Source of the DNA: Candidatus Micrarchaeota archaeon
Lineage (GTDB): Archaea > Micrarchaeota > Micrarchaeia > CABMEP01
NCBI GenBank assembly: GCA_026413625.1
Contig: JAOAKO010000004.1
Coordinates: forward strand, 1 to 52,253
DNA: 52,253 nucleotides
Direction of reading: 5' to 3'
Shown here: in pieces, positions 36,619-46,901 of the stretch
Layout: each line of letters opens with the position of its first letter
Position numbering within the stretch: the stretch's first letter is position 1
Notes under the pieces: generated by a model
Told to the model about the DNA's origin: nothing
The model's input: the letters and a program-made list of their open reading frames with translations, nothing else
Database searches by the model: none
Made by a program: the position numbers and the translations under genes

Positions 36619-37563
36619 ATGAAGCCAATAATTGTGGGAGTGGACCCGGGAACGTACATAGGAATTGCAATATTTGACTTAAACGGAAACTTGATGTACA
36701 GCTCAACAATTATGGACAAGGGTAAGGAAGAGGCAGTCACTCAAATTTCAAACCATGGAAATCCCATAGTCGTAGCTTCTGACGTAAATCCGCCTCCCCA
36801 GTTTGTTACACAGATTGCATCATATTTTAACGCAAGGCTTTTTTATCCGAAGTCAACGATAAGCGATCTGTCTAAGACGGTCGAAACTTCTAAATATAAG
36901 TTCAGTTCTGTTCATGAGAGGGACGCAATAATCGCAGTTTTAGCATTTTTTAAAGAAAATTCCAACAAGCTCAGATGGATAGAAAGAACATTGAGAGATA
37001 AGGGTCTGTCCAAAATTGAGGAGGACGTTAAGAGATATGCGCTTAGCGGAATGAGGGTTGATGATGCGATTAAGGCGCTTGTCCCGGTTGATGACGAATA
37101 CAAGAAAATCATGGAATATGCGAAATCGCTTCCGGAAGCACCGCCAATTGCAAAGGCTGCAGAAAGAAGGGAGAGCGACAGAGACACCATAATAGGACTT
37201 TTGGAATCAAACATCAGGCTGAAGGCAAGGCTTTCAGTTCTCGAGGAGGAGCTCAGAATCCTCAAGTCTGAGAGAGGGAGCGAATCCAATAGAAATCTTA
37301 ATTCTATCTTGTTTTCAAGAGATATGAAGATAAGAAGATTGAAGAGAATAATCAAGATGAAAAACAATAAAATAAAGCATCTTTACAGAATTATAGATTC
37401 AATGAAAGAAAAGAGCAAAGAGGCCGGGAAAGAGCAAATTCCGGATAAAACAGATAAAAAAGATACTGGAGCTGCAAAAGAGAAAGATTTAAAAAATGAA
37501 GATACAACTTTATCTATAGAAAAAATAGTCAAGGAATACAGGCAATCCCGTTTTAAGGATTAG
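36619..37563 (+). CDS. DUF460 domain protein (RNase H-like fold plus coiled coil)
   Basis: IVGVDPG...GIA..DL.G, G.P.VVASDV.P.P..V, HERDA. Confidence 0.88.
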   Translation: MKPIIVGVDPGTYIGIAIFDLNGNLMYSSTIMDKGKEEAVTQISNHGNPIVVASDVNPPPQFVTQIASYFNARLFYPKSTISDLSKTVETSKYKFSSVHERDAIIAVLAFFKENSNKLRWIERTLRDKGLSKIEEDVKRYALSGMRVDDAIKALVPVDDEYKKIMEYAKSLPEAPPIAKAAERRESDRDTIIGLLESNIRLKARLSVLEEELRILKSERGSESNRNLNSILFSRDMKIRRLKRIIKMKNNKIKHLYRIIDSMKEKSKEAGKEQIPDKTDKKDTGAAKEKDLKNEDTTLSIEKIVKEYRQSRFKD

Positions 37564-37602
37564 GTTTCCTTGGCAAATCTAAAAACTACAAAGAGTGATA
37601 GT

Positions 37603-37983
37603 ATGGTAGAAGAAAGTGCAGAATTTGAAGAAACAGAGGAAATGACTGCTGAACAGAGAGCTTCTTCTGGCCAGCCAGCGCAGCCAGCAGGCAACATTGT
37701 ATACGTAAGCAAGAAAGGAGTGATGGCTTACGTGCTTGCAGTTGTAACCCAATTCAATGCAGGCGCGAAGGAAGTCACACTAAAAGCAAGAGGAAAAGTG
37801 ATTTCAAGAGCAGTGGATGCTGCAGAGATTGTAAAGAACAAATTCCTCCAGGATGTTTCAATCAAGAGCATTAAAACGTCCACAGAGGACATGAAAACAG
37901 CATCCGGCGCGCCAACTAAGGTTTCTACAATAGAGATCGTGTTGGCAAGAAATCCAGGCAGCAGCGCTGAATTAAAGCTTTAA
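37603..37983 (+). CDS. albA: DNA/RNA-binding protein Alba with acidic N-terminal extension
   Basis: VYV.KK..M.YVLAV.TQ, LKARG..ISRAVD.AEI, VS.IEI.L; ATG 37603 is 4 nt after GTGA. Confidence 0.95.
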   Translation: MVEESAEFEETEEMTAEQRASSGQPAQPAGNIVYVSKKGVMAYVLAVVTQFNAGAKEVTLKARGKVISRAVDAAEIVKNKFLQDVSIKSIKTSTEDMKTASGAPTKVSTIEIVLARNPGSSAELKL

Positions 37984-38077
37984 TTTTTTTATTTTAATTT
38001 TCAGCATTTTATGGATTTTCATATTCGCTTGTTTAGCCATAGACTTGCTAGGATCTAAATCTCTATAGAGTGATTTC

Positions 38078-39367
38078 ATGAGGATATACACTTCCCAGGT
38101 AAAGCCAGAAATGAACGATTCAGAGGTGGAGCTTGCAGGATGGGTCCACGAAACAAGAGATCACGGAAAGATAAGATTTCTTATATTAAGGGACAAAAAA
38201 GGTTTGGTTCAAGTCATCGGAAAGAAGGGAATCGTTGGCGACGATGTATTTAATCTGCTTTCCCTTCCAAAGGAAACAGTCATTTCGCTTAGAGGGAAAG
38301 TTAAGTCGTCTCCACAGGCGCCAAGGGGAGTGGAAATAATCCCTTCCGAGATAAAGATACTTAACAGGGTCACAATACAGCTTCCAGTCGATCCAACTTC
38401 TCACGTTGAGGCTGATCTGGACGTAAGGCTAGATAACAGGCACATTGACCTGAGAACAAAGAGGGTCCAGGCCATATTTCAAATACAGTCAACAATCCTT
38501 AGGGCGTTCAGGGAGAAACTTACTTCTCTTGACTTTGAGGAGATAATCCCTCCTTCCCTTATTGCCGCCGCAAGTGAAGGAGGCGCAGACGTTTTTCCGG
38601 TAATTTATTTCGATAAGGAAGCATTTTTGTCGCAGTCTCCCCAGCTGTATAAGCAGCTTGCAGTAATCGGAGGAATGGAAAGAGTGTTTATGACGCCTCA
38701 GTACTTCAGGGCTGAGAAACACAACACAACCGCGCATCTTAATGAAATTACAGGAATGGACGCAGAGATCGGATTTGCAGACCACCATCTCGCAATGAGC
38801 ATCTTGTCGGAAACATTTTTGCACATTCTTTCTTCAGTAAAGGAGAGAAACGCAGATGATCTTGCAGAGCTTAAGGTAGAGCTAAACGTTCCAAAGAAGC
38901 TTAACATTTACACCTATACAGAGGCAGTCGACATGCTGAATAAACACGGAATGAAGTTTGAATGGGGCACAGACTTCGGAAGGGATGAGGAAAGAAAATT
39001 GTTCGAGATAATCGGCGAGGAGGCGTATATAATATCAGAATATCCGACTGCAGTCAGGGCGTTCTATTCCATGCCTAATGAAAACGATCCTAAGATTTCA
39101 AATTCATATGACCTTATGTATCAGGGAGTTGAGATGTCATCCGGAGCGCAGCGTATCCATATTCCAGAACTCCTTGAAAAGCAGATAAGGGCAAAGGGAA
39201 TGAACCCTGCTAACTTCGGATTCTACCTAAACGCATTCAAATCCGGAGCTCCTCCCCATGCCGGATTCGGAATGGGATTGCAGAGAGTTACTATGGCTAT
39301 AACAAGGCAAAAGAACATAAGGGAGTGCACACTTTTCCCGAGGGACATGCACAGACTAACTCCTTAA
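38078..39367 (+). CDS. aspS: Aspartate--tRNA(Asp/Asn) ligase, archaeal type, probably non-discriminating
   Basis: GWVH..RD.G, RLD.R..DLR, SEGG...F, QSPQLYKQ, FRAE, SGAQR, PPHAG.G.G; His in GWVH and Pro in QAPRG match the non-discriminating type. Confidence 0.95.
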   Translation: MRIYTSQVKPEMNDSEVELAGWVHETRDHGKIRFLILRDKKGLVQVIGKKGIVGDDVFNLLSLPKETVISLRGKVKSSPQAPRGVEIIPSEIKILNRVTIQLPVDPTSHVEADLDVRLDNRHIDLRTKRVQAIFQIQSTILRAFREKLTSLDFEEIIPPSLIAAASEGGADVFPVIYFDKEAFLSQSPQLYKQLAVIGGMERVFMTPQYFRAEKHNTTAHLNEITGMDAEIGFADHHLAMSILSETFLHILSSVKERNADDLAELKVELNVPKKLNIYTYTEAVDMLNKHGMKFEWGTDFGRDEERKLFEIIGEEAYIISEYPTAVRAFYSMPNENDPKISNSYDLMYQGVEMSSGAQRIHIPELLEKQIRAKGMNPANFGFYLNAFKSGAPPHAGFGMGLQRVTMAITRQKNIRECTLFPRDMHRLTP

Positions 39368-39394
39368 GAATGATGCGTATAAAAGTCACAGCTT

Positions 39395-39790
39395 TTATTC
39401 TTTTTTCATCTGTTTTTTCTTTTCAAGCTCGCATAAAAGGTTTTTGCATCCGAATGAAATTGTGTCGCTGCCGTTTTCAAGGAATCTTGTTAATACGTCT
39501 TTTGCTTTAATATATACTTTATCGTCCAGCTCGGGCTGCTTGATTACACTTTCAATGAGCTTGAGGGCCTCTCTTTTCTGCCACCTAAATCTGCACCTTT
39601 GAAGCCTTTTTTCTGCTTCGCGAAGCCTAGACATGGACTTTTCAACATCTATTTTTTTGCTAAAGTTTATTTCATTTTTGATTTTAATTCGTTCTACATT
39701 CGGCATATCGCGAAAGTGCGCTGAATGTACATGCCCTTTAAAAACAGGCGGTTTATTTTGAAAACCGTCCTTTTTTTGGAAATATGTCAC
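39395..39790 (-). CDS. Hypothetical protein
   Basis: 131-aa ORF filling the gap downstream of tldE; no motif recognised. Confidence 0.5.
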   Translation of the reverse strand: MTYFQKKDGFQNKPPVFKGHVHSAHFRDMPNVERIKIKNEINFSKKIDVEKSMSRLREAEKRLQRCRFRWQKREALKLIESVIKQPELDDKVYIKAKDVLTRFLENGSDTISFGCKNLLCELEKKKQMKKE

Positions 39791-39835
39791 AAAACCACTA
39801 TTCTTTTACTCAATTACTATTTTTATTCTTTGCTG

Positions 39836-41194
39836 TCAATGGCTAACGGGCTTTGTTACATTTATATCTCTTACTAGTGCTGGAGGTGCGATTACAGATC
39901 CATGAACCTCCCATGAATGTATCTTTTCTGCTTTCTTCCCGATCAATTCTGCGTTTTTCATGATCTCCTGCAGAGATGAGTTTATTCTCACGTTTCTTAT
40001 CGGCGCCTCTATTTTTCCGTTTTTGATCAAAAACGTTGCGTCTCTTGGCAGTATAGAAAATTCTCCTGTGAAATAGTTTTGGAATCTCATATACCATGCA
40101 TTTGTCACATAAATCCCGTAATCCACATTTTCAATAAGCTTCTCAAGGGAACAGCTTCCTTTTTGCAAAACCACATTCCAAGGATGCGGATTTATCAGGC
40201 CGGCATTGGCTGTTGTCTCTGTTTTGTATCGTTTGGCAGTGGAAGTGTTATGAAGATATGTTTTCAGCACCCCTCTTTCAATTATCGCCTTTCTTTTTGT
40301 CGGAACTCCTTCGCTGTCATACGGGGAGCATATGAATGCGTCTTCGTAGATCGGATCGTCTATTAAAGTAAAGCACTCGCTACCGACTTGCTTCCCGAGC
40401 TTGTTGACCAAAAACGAGTTTCCAGTTTCCACTTCAAATGCAGATGCAGAGTCAGCGATATGCTCCAGGATTATCGCTAATGGAAGAGGCTCGAACAAGA
40501 CGTCCATTTTTCCTTCGACTTCTTTCTTTTCGCCTTTGGATTCCATTGCAAATCTCGCAGCTTCCTTAGCAATTGCGGAAGGATTTAAGTTTTTGACACT
40601 CCTTGCCGAGTAAACCTTGTGCCCCGAAGACTCTTTGTCATATATGGATCTGAATGAAAAATAAACGCTGCTGTCTCTGCTTTTTGCCTCGCATTTTTCA
40701 GATGTCAACAGATAATCAACAGAATAGCTAGTTTCAAAAACCCCCCCGTTTCTGACTTTGCCCACTTCTTCAGCCGAATTTACGGCCTCCTCAATTGTCT
40801 CCGCGTGCATATTATAGCATTCCTCAATTCTTTTGTCATATTTTGTAGTTTTGTATTTGAACGGACCTTCGGCAATTCCTTCAAACTTCTCATTCACAGG
40901 AATGTGCGACGCGTATCTATTTATTTTTTCGATTGCGCTCTTTATTCCTTTTTCGCTAGTGTCTTTGATCGTTGTTTCGACTATCCTTCCCTTCCAATTG
41001 CAAAATACATAGATCGACTTTGATATCGAAGAGTCAGACTTTACTATTCTATTGTTTGCGAATTTAGTTTGCTGGTAGTTTCCGATGCCAGCATGCAAAA
41101 CAACGTCATTGGCTCCCTCTGATTTAAGCTTCTTCATTATTTTCTCTGTTTTTTCTGCAAGAATTTCAATTTCTTTTTCCATATCAAAGTTCAT
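39836..41194 (-). CDS. TldE/PmbA family protein (non-catalytic subunit)
   Basis: FANN.I, GNSFL, DDP, D.EGVP, G.L..YL, TG.FS; no HExxxH. Confidence 0.9.
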   Translation of the reverse strand: MNFDMEKEIEILAEKTEKIMKKLKSEGANDVVLHAGIGNYQQTKFANNRIVKSDSSISKSIYVFCNWKGRIVETTIKDTSEKGIKSAIEKINRYASHIPVNEKFEGIAEGPFKYKTTKYDKRIEECYNMHAETIEEAVNSAEEVGKVRNGGVFETSYSVDYLLTSEKCEAKSRDSSVYFSFRSIYDKESSGHKVYSARSVKNLNPSAIAKEAARFAMESKGEKKEVEGKMDVLFEPLPLAIILEHIADSASAFEVETGNSFLVNKLGKQVGSECFTLIDDPIYEDAFICSPYDSEGVPTKRKAIIERGVLKTYLHNTSTAKRYKTETTANAGLINPHPWNVVLQKGSCSLEKLIENVDYGIYVTNAWYMRFQNYFTGEFSILPRDATFLIKNGKIEAPIRNVRINSSLQEIMKNAELIGKKAEKIHSWEVHGSVIAPPALVRDINVTKPVSH

Positions 41195-41207
41195 TCTCCC
41201 ACTTCTC

Positions 41208-42647
41208 CTATCTCATCCTTATTTTCATTCTCATTGACGCTCCTCCCATAGATACAGGTATTCCCTGCATAGGTTCTCCCTTTCCGCAGGTTGCAGCATG
41301 CAGCTCAAAGTTGTCTGCGATCGCATTGACAGAATTCCATAGTATTGGAGTGGTTATTTCTATGGAAGGCTGCTTCAAAGGTTTAGTTATTTTTCCGTTT
41401 TCTATAAGATAGGCCTCATTGGCCTTGTATTTCTGGTTTAATCTTTTGTCGTCAATATTCCATTCCATAAAGTTCTTTATGTATATTCCGTATTTTGTAT
41501 CTCTTATGATTTCGTCCTCTTTCCAATCGCCAGGGAGAACAACTGTATTTGACATTCTTATTATCGGTTCCACGTCAAATTCAGAAGCGCGGGCAGAGCC
41601 GTTGCTTCTTATTTTGAATTTTGCGGCCGTCTGCCTGTTGTGCAAGAATTCGTTTATAATCCCGCTTTTGATCAGCATCTTCTTTCTGGCCCTCACTCCT
41701 TCATCATCATACAAATAATATCCGAATGAGTCTGGAATGGTAGGGTCATCTGCAACATTGACCATATCAGAGCCGATTTTTGTTCCGATCATATCTGGAT
41801 TTACGAAAGATTCGCCAGCCTGGGCGCTCTCTCTTCCAAGGATTCTATCTGCTTCATACGGATGACCAACGCTCTCATGAGCCATTATTCCAGAGATCTC
41901 AGGAGAGACAACGACTTCAATTTCGCCTTTTGGAGGAGAAATTCCGTTTGTTATCGTATTTTTCATTGCCTTTGCTTCCTCGCTTATCTTTTCTTCTATA
42001 TTCATTCTTTCTATCTTTTCAAAACCACCGACTATTCCATATTGCCAATGTCTTTGCATGTTTTGTCCGTTTTCTCTCACTATAAAATTGTAAAATAAAT
42101 CCACTCTCGGTATCCTGCTTTCAATCGCACTCCCGTTTGAGTTAACATAGTATTTTTCAGTCATTCCATCTACATAATAAAAAGTTCTTGTGAATACGTT
42201 TGCCCCAGCTTCCAGGAGACTTTTTTCTATTCCCTTGACATATTCAAGCTTGGCTTCTATTCCGAAATTCTCGATTTTCTTCTTCTGCCTGATTTCATAT
42301 TTGTGTTTCTCCGCCTTTTCCTCTGAGAACTCAATCTCTTCTCCGATTCTTACGGATTTTCTTGTCATTTTAATTGACTGATTGATTATTTTTTCAATTT
42401 CTTCTTTTCCGAATGAGTTTATGCTAAAAAATCCAAGGCATCCGTTAAGCAGATATCTTACTCCAATCCCTTCCTCACTTCCAAATGACGCTGCCTCAAG
42501 GTTTCCGTTGCTTATGTAGAAGCTTTCTCCACTAGTTCTTTCCAGTCTAACTTCTACGTATTCGACATTTTGTTTTTTAAGTTTCGATAAAATAAGATCA
42601 GCTGTGTGCCTTAGGTCATCCCAATCCCAGCTTTTTGTTTTTTTCAT
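41208..42647 (-). CDS. tldD: TldD family metalloprotease
   Basis: HESVGH..EAD, DDPT, YDDEG, P.IRMSN, CGKG...Q. Confidence 0.93.
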   Translation of the reverse strand: MKKTKSWDWDDLRHTADLILSKLKKQNVEYVEVRLERTSGESFYISNGNLEAASFGSEEGIGVRYLLNGCLGFFSINSFGKEEIEKIINQSIKMTRKSVRIGEEIEFSEEKAEKHKYEIRQKKKIENFGIEAKLEYVKGIEKSLLEAGANVFTRTFYYVDGMTEKYYVNSNGSAIESRIPRVDLFYNFIVRENGQNMQRHWQYGIVGGFEKIERMNIEEKISEEAKAMKNTITNGISPPKGEIEVVVSPEISGIMAHESVGHPYEADRILGRESAQAGESFVNPDMIGTKIGSDMVNVADDPTIPDSFGYYLYDDEGVRARKKMLIKSGIINEFLHNRQTAAKFKIRSNGSARASEFDVEPIIRMSNTVVLPGDWKEDEIIRDTKYGIYIKNFMEWNIDDKRLNQKYKANEAYLIENGKITKPLKQPSIEITTPILWNSVNAIADNFELHAATCGKGEPMQGIPVSMGGASMRMKIRMR

Positions 42648-42741
42648 CAGATCACTCCAATCGCATGAACCATTTAAACATTAAACGCTTTAAAATAGTT
42701 TTATTGTAATCGCTTATAAAAGTTTATGCTCAAATTAAAAC

Positions 42742-43713
42742 ATGCAAAGCAAGAGATATTCGTTTCTTTCAAAAGAGATTCAGGAAGCGGCGTTGGAATT
42801 GCTTAGAAGAAACGTTAATCTAAAAGAAGGAGAATCTGTTCTTTTGATAACCGACAGGAAGGCATGCCCTGTATTCACTTCGTTGTCTGCTGCAATAAAT
42901 CAACTAGGCGGAAGGCTGGCTGAAGCGTTCATCACTCCAGACCGCCAGCACAGCTCTCCGATTCCTTCCCTAAAAGAGGCCTGTCTGAATTCCGACATCA
43001 TACTGGGAGTTACAGACAAGAGCATTTCTCACTCTCCAGAAGTTTTTGAGGCGAGAAAGTCCGGTTCAAGGGTTGTTTCAATGCCGGGGATAACTCCAGA
43101 GCTTTTTGTAAAGGGAGTATCATCAGATCCGTCGCTAATTAAAAGAATAAATCTAAGGCTTGAGAAGAGGTTAGTTTCAGCTAAGGAGATAAAGGTATTC
43201 TCCCCCTCAGGAACGAACGCATACATCAGGATTGAAGATTCAAAATTTGATTTTAGCGACAATGGGGACGCATCCCAACCGGGTTCTTTAATCAATGTGC
43301 CTTACGGAGAGGTTTACTCATTTATATCTAAATGCAGTGGGAAAATAGTTATTGACAGATGGCAGAATTCAATCAAACCAAATGACAACGCCATAATTGA
43401 ATTAGAGGACGGTAAGATAGTTAGATGGAATAATGCAGCAAGCAAATATGTGATGAACCAGCTTAATGCTGGAGAATGCGGCCTTTCTGTTTCTGAATTT
43501 GGAATCGGAACGAATCCCTTCATAACAAAGCCGATAGGAATAACATTAAGCGATGAGAAGATTTTCGGAAGCGTTCATTTTGCGTTTGGCGGGGGAGGAA
43601 AAAGAAAGTGCGGAATTCATGAGGACTTTGTTGTTTTGACGCCTACCGTGCTTGTTGACGGAGAGGAATTGATCAAAAGAGGAAGATTTCTCTTTAACAT
43701 AGGCAGATATTAA
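42742..43713 (+). CDS. M29-like (thermophilic leucyl) aminopeptidase family protein
   Basis: GE.VL.ITD, SISH, N.P.GE, EFGIGTN, DEK..G.VH.A.G, H.D. Confidence 0.82.
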   Translation: MQSKRYSFLSKEIQEAALELLRRNVNLKEGESVLLITDRKACPVFTSLSAAINQLGGRLAEAFITPDRQHSSPIPSLKEACLNSDIILGVTDKSISHSPEVFEARKSGSRVVSMPGITPELFVKGVSSDPSLIKRINLRLEKRLVSAKEIKVFSPSGTNAYIRIEDSKFDFSDNGDASQPGSLINVPYGEVYSFISKCSGKIVIDRWQNSIKPNDNAIIELEDGKIVRWNNAASKYVMNQLNAGECGLSVSEFGIGTNPFITKPIGITLSDEKIFGSVHFAFGGGGKRKCGIHEDFVVLTPTVLVDGEELIKRGRFLFNIGRY

Positions 43714-43783
43714 TTATCAAGAATCCATACTCTGTGCCTCATTCAGATGTTGAGTTTTTAAACTTTTATTTCAAACTACTCTT

Positions 43784-45532
43784 ATGGAATTCTCTGTGTT
43801 TGCTGAAACCGCCTATGAGCTTGAGAAGACTTCAAGCAGATTGGCGATGATTGAAATTCTTTCAAAACTTTTTAAACAAGCTGACAAGGACAACATCCAG
43901 AAATTAATCTATCTTTTGCAGGGAAGGGTTGCTCCACCGTTTGAGGGCATAGAGGTAGGAATGGGAGAGAAATTTGTAGAAAAGGCAATCTCAATATCGA
44001 CAGGATACACAATCGCTCAAGTGGAAGCCGCGTTCAGGAAGAAGGGAGATCTTGGGAGCGCAGCGGAGCAGTTGGTTGAGAAGAAAAAGCAGACAGCTCT
44101 CTCTTCAGAGCCTTTGACCGTTGAGGGCGTATTCGATTCCTTGCTTAAAATCGCAAAAACATCAGGAGAGGGAAGCCAGGATAAAAAGATAAAGCTTCTT
44201 TCAGACCTCCTAAATAGGGCAAGCCCGTTGGAGGCAAAATATCTAGTCAGAATTCCGCTTGCAAATCTTCAGCTGGGTGTTGGAGATCCAACCATGATGG
44301 ACGCATTGTCTGTAGCAGTGAAAGGAGACAATAGCTTGAGGGAGGAAATTGAAAGGGCTTACAACCTGTCTTCAGATTTGGGAACGGTTGCAAAAAATCT
44401 TTACGAAGGCAAAAGGAAGCTCGGGGAAATAAAGTTGTTCAATCCGATAAGGCCGGCATTGGCTGAGAGAGAAAACGATCCTGCAGCAATACTTAAACGG
44501 CACAAGACAACCATAGCAGATCTGAAGCTCGATGGATTCAGACTACAGATTCACAAGAAAGGGGACAGAGTTATGCTGTTCTCAAGAAGGTTAGAGGATA
44601 TGACGCATTCGTTTCCAGATGTTGTTGAAATCGTGAAGAAAAATGTTAAGGCGGATGAGGCGATAATAGACAGCGAGGCCTTGGCATACAATGAAGCAAC
44701 AGGAGAGATATATCCATTCCAATACACCATACAGAGGAAAAGAAAGCACGGAGTTGCTGAAAAGGCGGAAGAGCTGCCGCTCCACATATTTGCCTTTGAC
44801 ATAATGTATCTGGATGGGGAGAGCCTGATAGACCTTCCTTACAAAGAAAGAAGAAAGAAATTAGAAAAGATAATAAAGAAAGACGGAATTTCAGTTATGG
44901 AGAGCATAATAACTTCCGACCTTAAGGAGCTAGAAAGATTTTTCAAAAAGTCCATTGAGGTTGGTGCAGAGGGAGTTGTTTGCAAAGATCCAGAATCAAT
45001 TTATAAGGCAGGAATGAGGGGATTTAACTGGATAAAGCTTAAGCGCTCTTACAAAGGAGAGCTTGCAGACACTATAGATGTTGTAATCGTAGGATATTTT
45101 TATGGAAAAGGCGCCAGAGCAGAATTCAAATTCGGGGGCTTTTTAGGAGCGGTTTATGACGAAGACGAGGACGTTTTCAGAACCGTGACAAGGGTTGGAA
45201 GCGGTTTCAGCGAGGAAATGATGGTGAAGTTGAGAGAAATGCTTGAAAAAATAAAGACAAAAGACAAACCGGCAAGGGTGGATTCATTGATCGAGCCGGA
45301 TGTATGGGTAAAGCCGATGTATGTCGTCACCATAAAAGCCGATGAAATAACAGAATCACCCATGCATACAGCAGGAAGAAAAGGAGAGACAGGTTATGCG
45401 CTTCGCTTCCCGAGAATGGTTGGAGATATAAGGGATGACAAGAGGCCAGAGGATGCTACTACCGTTTCAGAGATAATAAGAATGTTCAAGCTTCAAAAGC
45501 ATACAGCAGTTCAGTCAAGTACAGAGGCTTGA
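43784..45532 (+). CDS. lig: ATP-dependent DNA ligase
   Basis: Motif I KLDG.R.QIH, FDI.Y, EGVV.K, W.KLK, ALRFPR. Confidence 0.97.
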   Translation: MEFSVFAETAYELEKTSSRLAMIEILSKLFKQADKDNIQKLIYLLQGRVAPPFEGIEVGMGEKFVEKAISISTGYTIAQVEAAFRKKGDLGSAAEQLVEKKKQTALSSEPLTVEGVFDSLLKIAKTSGEGSQDKKIKLLSDLLNRASPLEAKYLVRIPLANLQLGVGDPTMMDALSVAVKGDNSLREEIERAYNLSSDLGTVAKNLYEGKRKLGEIKLFNPIRPALAERENDPAAILKRHKTTIADLKLDGFRLQIHKKGDRVMLFSRRLEDMTHSFPDVVEIVKKNVKADEAIIDSEALAYNEATGEIYPFQYTIQRKRKHGVAEKAEELPLHIFAFDIMYLDGESLIDLPYKERRKKLEKIIKKDGISVMESIITSDLKELERFFKKSIEVGAEGVVCKDPESIYKAGMRGFNWIKLKRSYKGELADTIDVVIVGYFYGKGARAEFKFGGFLGAVYDEDEDVFRTVTRVGSGFSEEMMVKLREMLEKIKTKDKPARVDSLIEPDVWVKPMYVVTIKADEITESPMHTAGRKGETGYALRFPRMVGDIRDDKRPEDATTVSEIIRMFKLQKHTAVQSSTEA

Positions 45533-45553
45533 GTTTCAAATAAGGTGAAATCT

Positions 45554-46183
45554 ATGCGCACTCCAGCTAAAACTGGCAAATTCATAGTGCTGGAAGGAAT
45601 CGATGCATGCGGAAAAAGCAGCCAGATAAAGAAGCTTGCGGCATATCTTTTTAGCAAGGATAAAAGGAACCATATTCTGATCACGAGAGAGCCGACCATG
45701 CTTTCAGAATACGGAGTGAAAGTAAGGGAACTTTTAACAAGGCAGAAAGATCCGATGAAGCATCATGAATTGTTTACAAATCTGTATGTAAAGGACAGAA
45801 AGTTTCACTTGAATAAAATAGTGTCGCCTGCATTAAAACAGGGCTGCATTGTGCTCTGCGACAGATACAAATACTCAACTTTTGCCTATCAGCTTGCACA
45901 GGGAGAAGAGTTAGAAAGACTGATTAAGATGCATAATAGTCTTTTAGTCCCGGACCTGGTGATCGTGATAGACATTCCTGAAGAAGAGGCAATCAAGAGG
46001 CTGAGTGAATCAAATCAGAAGAAAGATGCGTTTGAAATACTGGATTTTCTTAGGAAAGTAAGAAAGAATTATCTTAAAATGAAAGAGATGTTTCCAAAAG
46101 AAAGAATATTATTTGTCAACGGCAACAGATCAAAGGAAGAGGTTTTCGAAGAGATAAAGGAAAAAATAGACCCGTATCTTTAG
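45554..46183 (+). CDS. tmk: Thymidylate kinase
   Basis: FIVLEGIDACGKS, TREP, DRY..ST.AYQ, PDL. Confidence 0.95.
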   Translation: MRTPAKTGKFIVLEGIDACGKSSQIKKLAAYLFSKDKRNHILITREPTMLSEYGVKVRELLTRQKDPMKHHELFTNLYVKDRKFHLNKIVSPALKQGCIVLCDRYKYSTFAYQLAQGEELERLIKMHNSLLVPDLVIVIDIPEEEAIKRLSESNQKKDAFEILDFLRKVRKNYLKMKEMFPKERILFVNGNRSKEEVFEEIKEKIDPYL

Positions 46184-46232
46184 ATGTAAGATTAAAACGG
46201 TGTAAATATTAAAAAGTAGAGGAAACAAAAAA

Positions 46233-46457
46233 TTAGAAATACAAAAAGAGACCCATTATTGCGTGAAGCAGCACAAATATAAAAGTTATAATTGCGCTTG
46301 TTTTGTGCCATTTGATATCTATACTTTTTCCTTTCGAGATTAAAATGCCTATGGAAAGGGTTGCCAAGAAGAAAAGAAAGCCAAGCAAACCCACATAGAA
46401 TATCAAAGGCTTTCCGAAAAACATTGTATATGCTATTTCCTTTATCACGCTTTTCAC
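46233..46457 (-). CDS. Small two-TM membrane protein with two histidines 14 residues apart
   Basis: 74-aa ORF with WH-x13-H in the second helix; co-oriented behind the cupredoxin gene. Confidence 0.7.
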   Translation of the reverse strand: MKSVIKEIAYTMFFGKPLIFYVGLLGFLFFLATLSIGILISKGKSIDIKWHKTSAIITFIFVLLHAIMGLFLYF

Positions 46458-46472
46458 CTTTTAGTTTTATAC

Positions 46473-46901
46473 TCATTCTACAATTATCTTCCCTCTCATG
46501 CTGGGATGAATTCCGCAATGGTATTCATAAGTTCCTTTGATTTCAAATTTATATTCGAAAACATCACCATTTCTCAGTGTTTGTGATTCTGTGACGTTTA
46601 TTATAACTATGTTGTGAGGAACAGATTCCTCATTTGTCCATTTAACTATGGTGTTCGGCCTTATCGTAATTACTGAGGGCAAAAATTGGAAATTCTTTAT
46701 TTTTATCTCAATTGTTTCGATTGATTCTGCACCTGATGAGGTTTTATTGCCATATGTTAAAGATTCATTGTCCTGAGGCAAATTTTGTGGCGTAACGCTT
46801 TGTGCCTTTTGTGTTTCTTTCCCGATACATCCTAAGATCAGAATTCCAAATAAGATCAATGAAGCAAGAATAACAACGTTAGCCTTTTTATTTATATTCA
46901 T
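46473..46901 (-). CDS. Cupredoxin (plastocyanin/amicyanin-like) lipoprotein
   Basis: Lipobox LGC; F.P..ITI, V.W.N, HN, YHCGIHPSMRG type-1 copper ligands; ATGA overlap with the ndk stop. Confidence 0.9.
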   Translation of the reverse strand: MNINKKANVVILASLILFGILILGCIGKETQKAQSVTPQNLPQDNESLTYGNKTSSGAESIETIEIKIKNFQFLPSVITIRPNTIVKWTNEESVPHNIVIINVTESQTLRNGDVFEYKFEIKGTYEYHCGIHPSMRGKIIVE

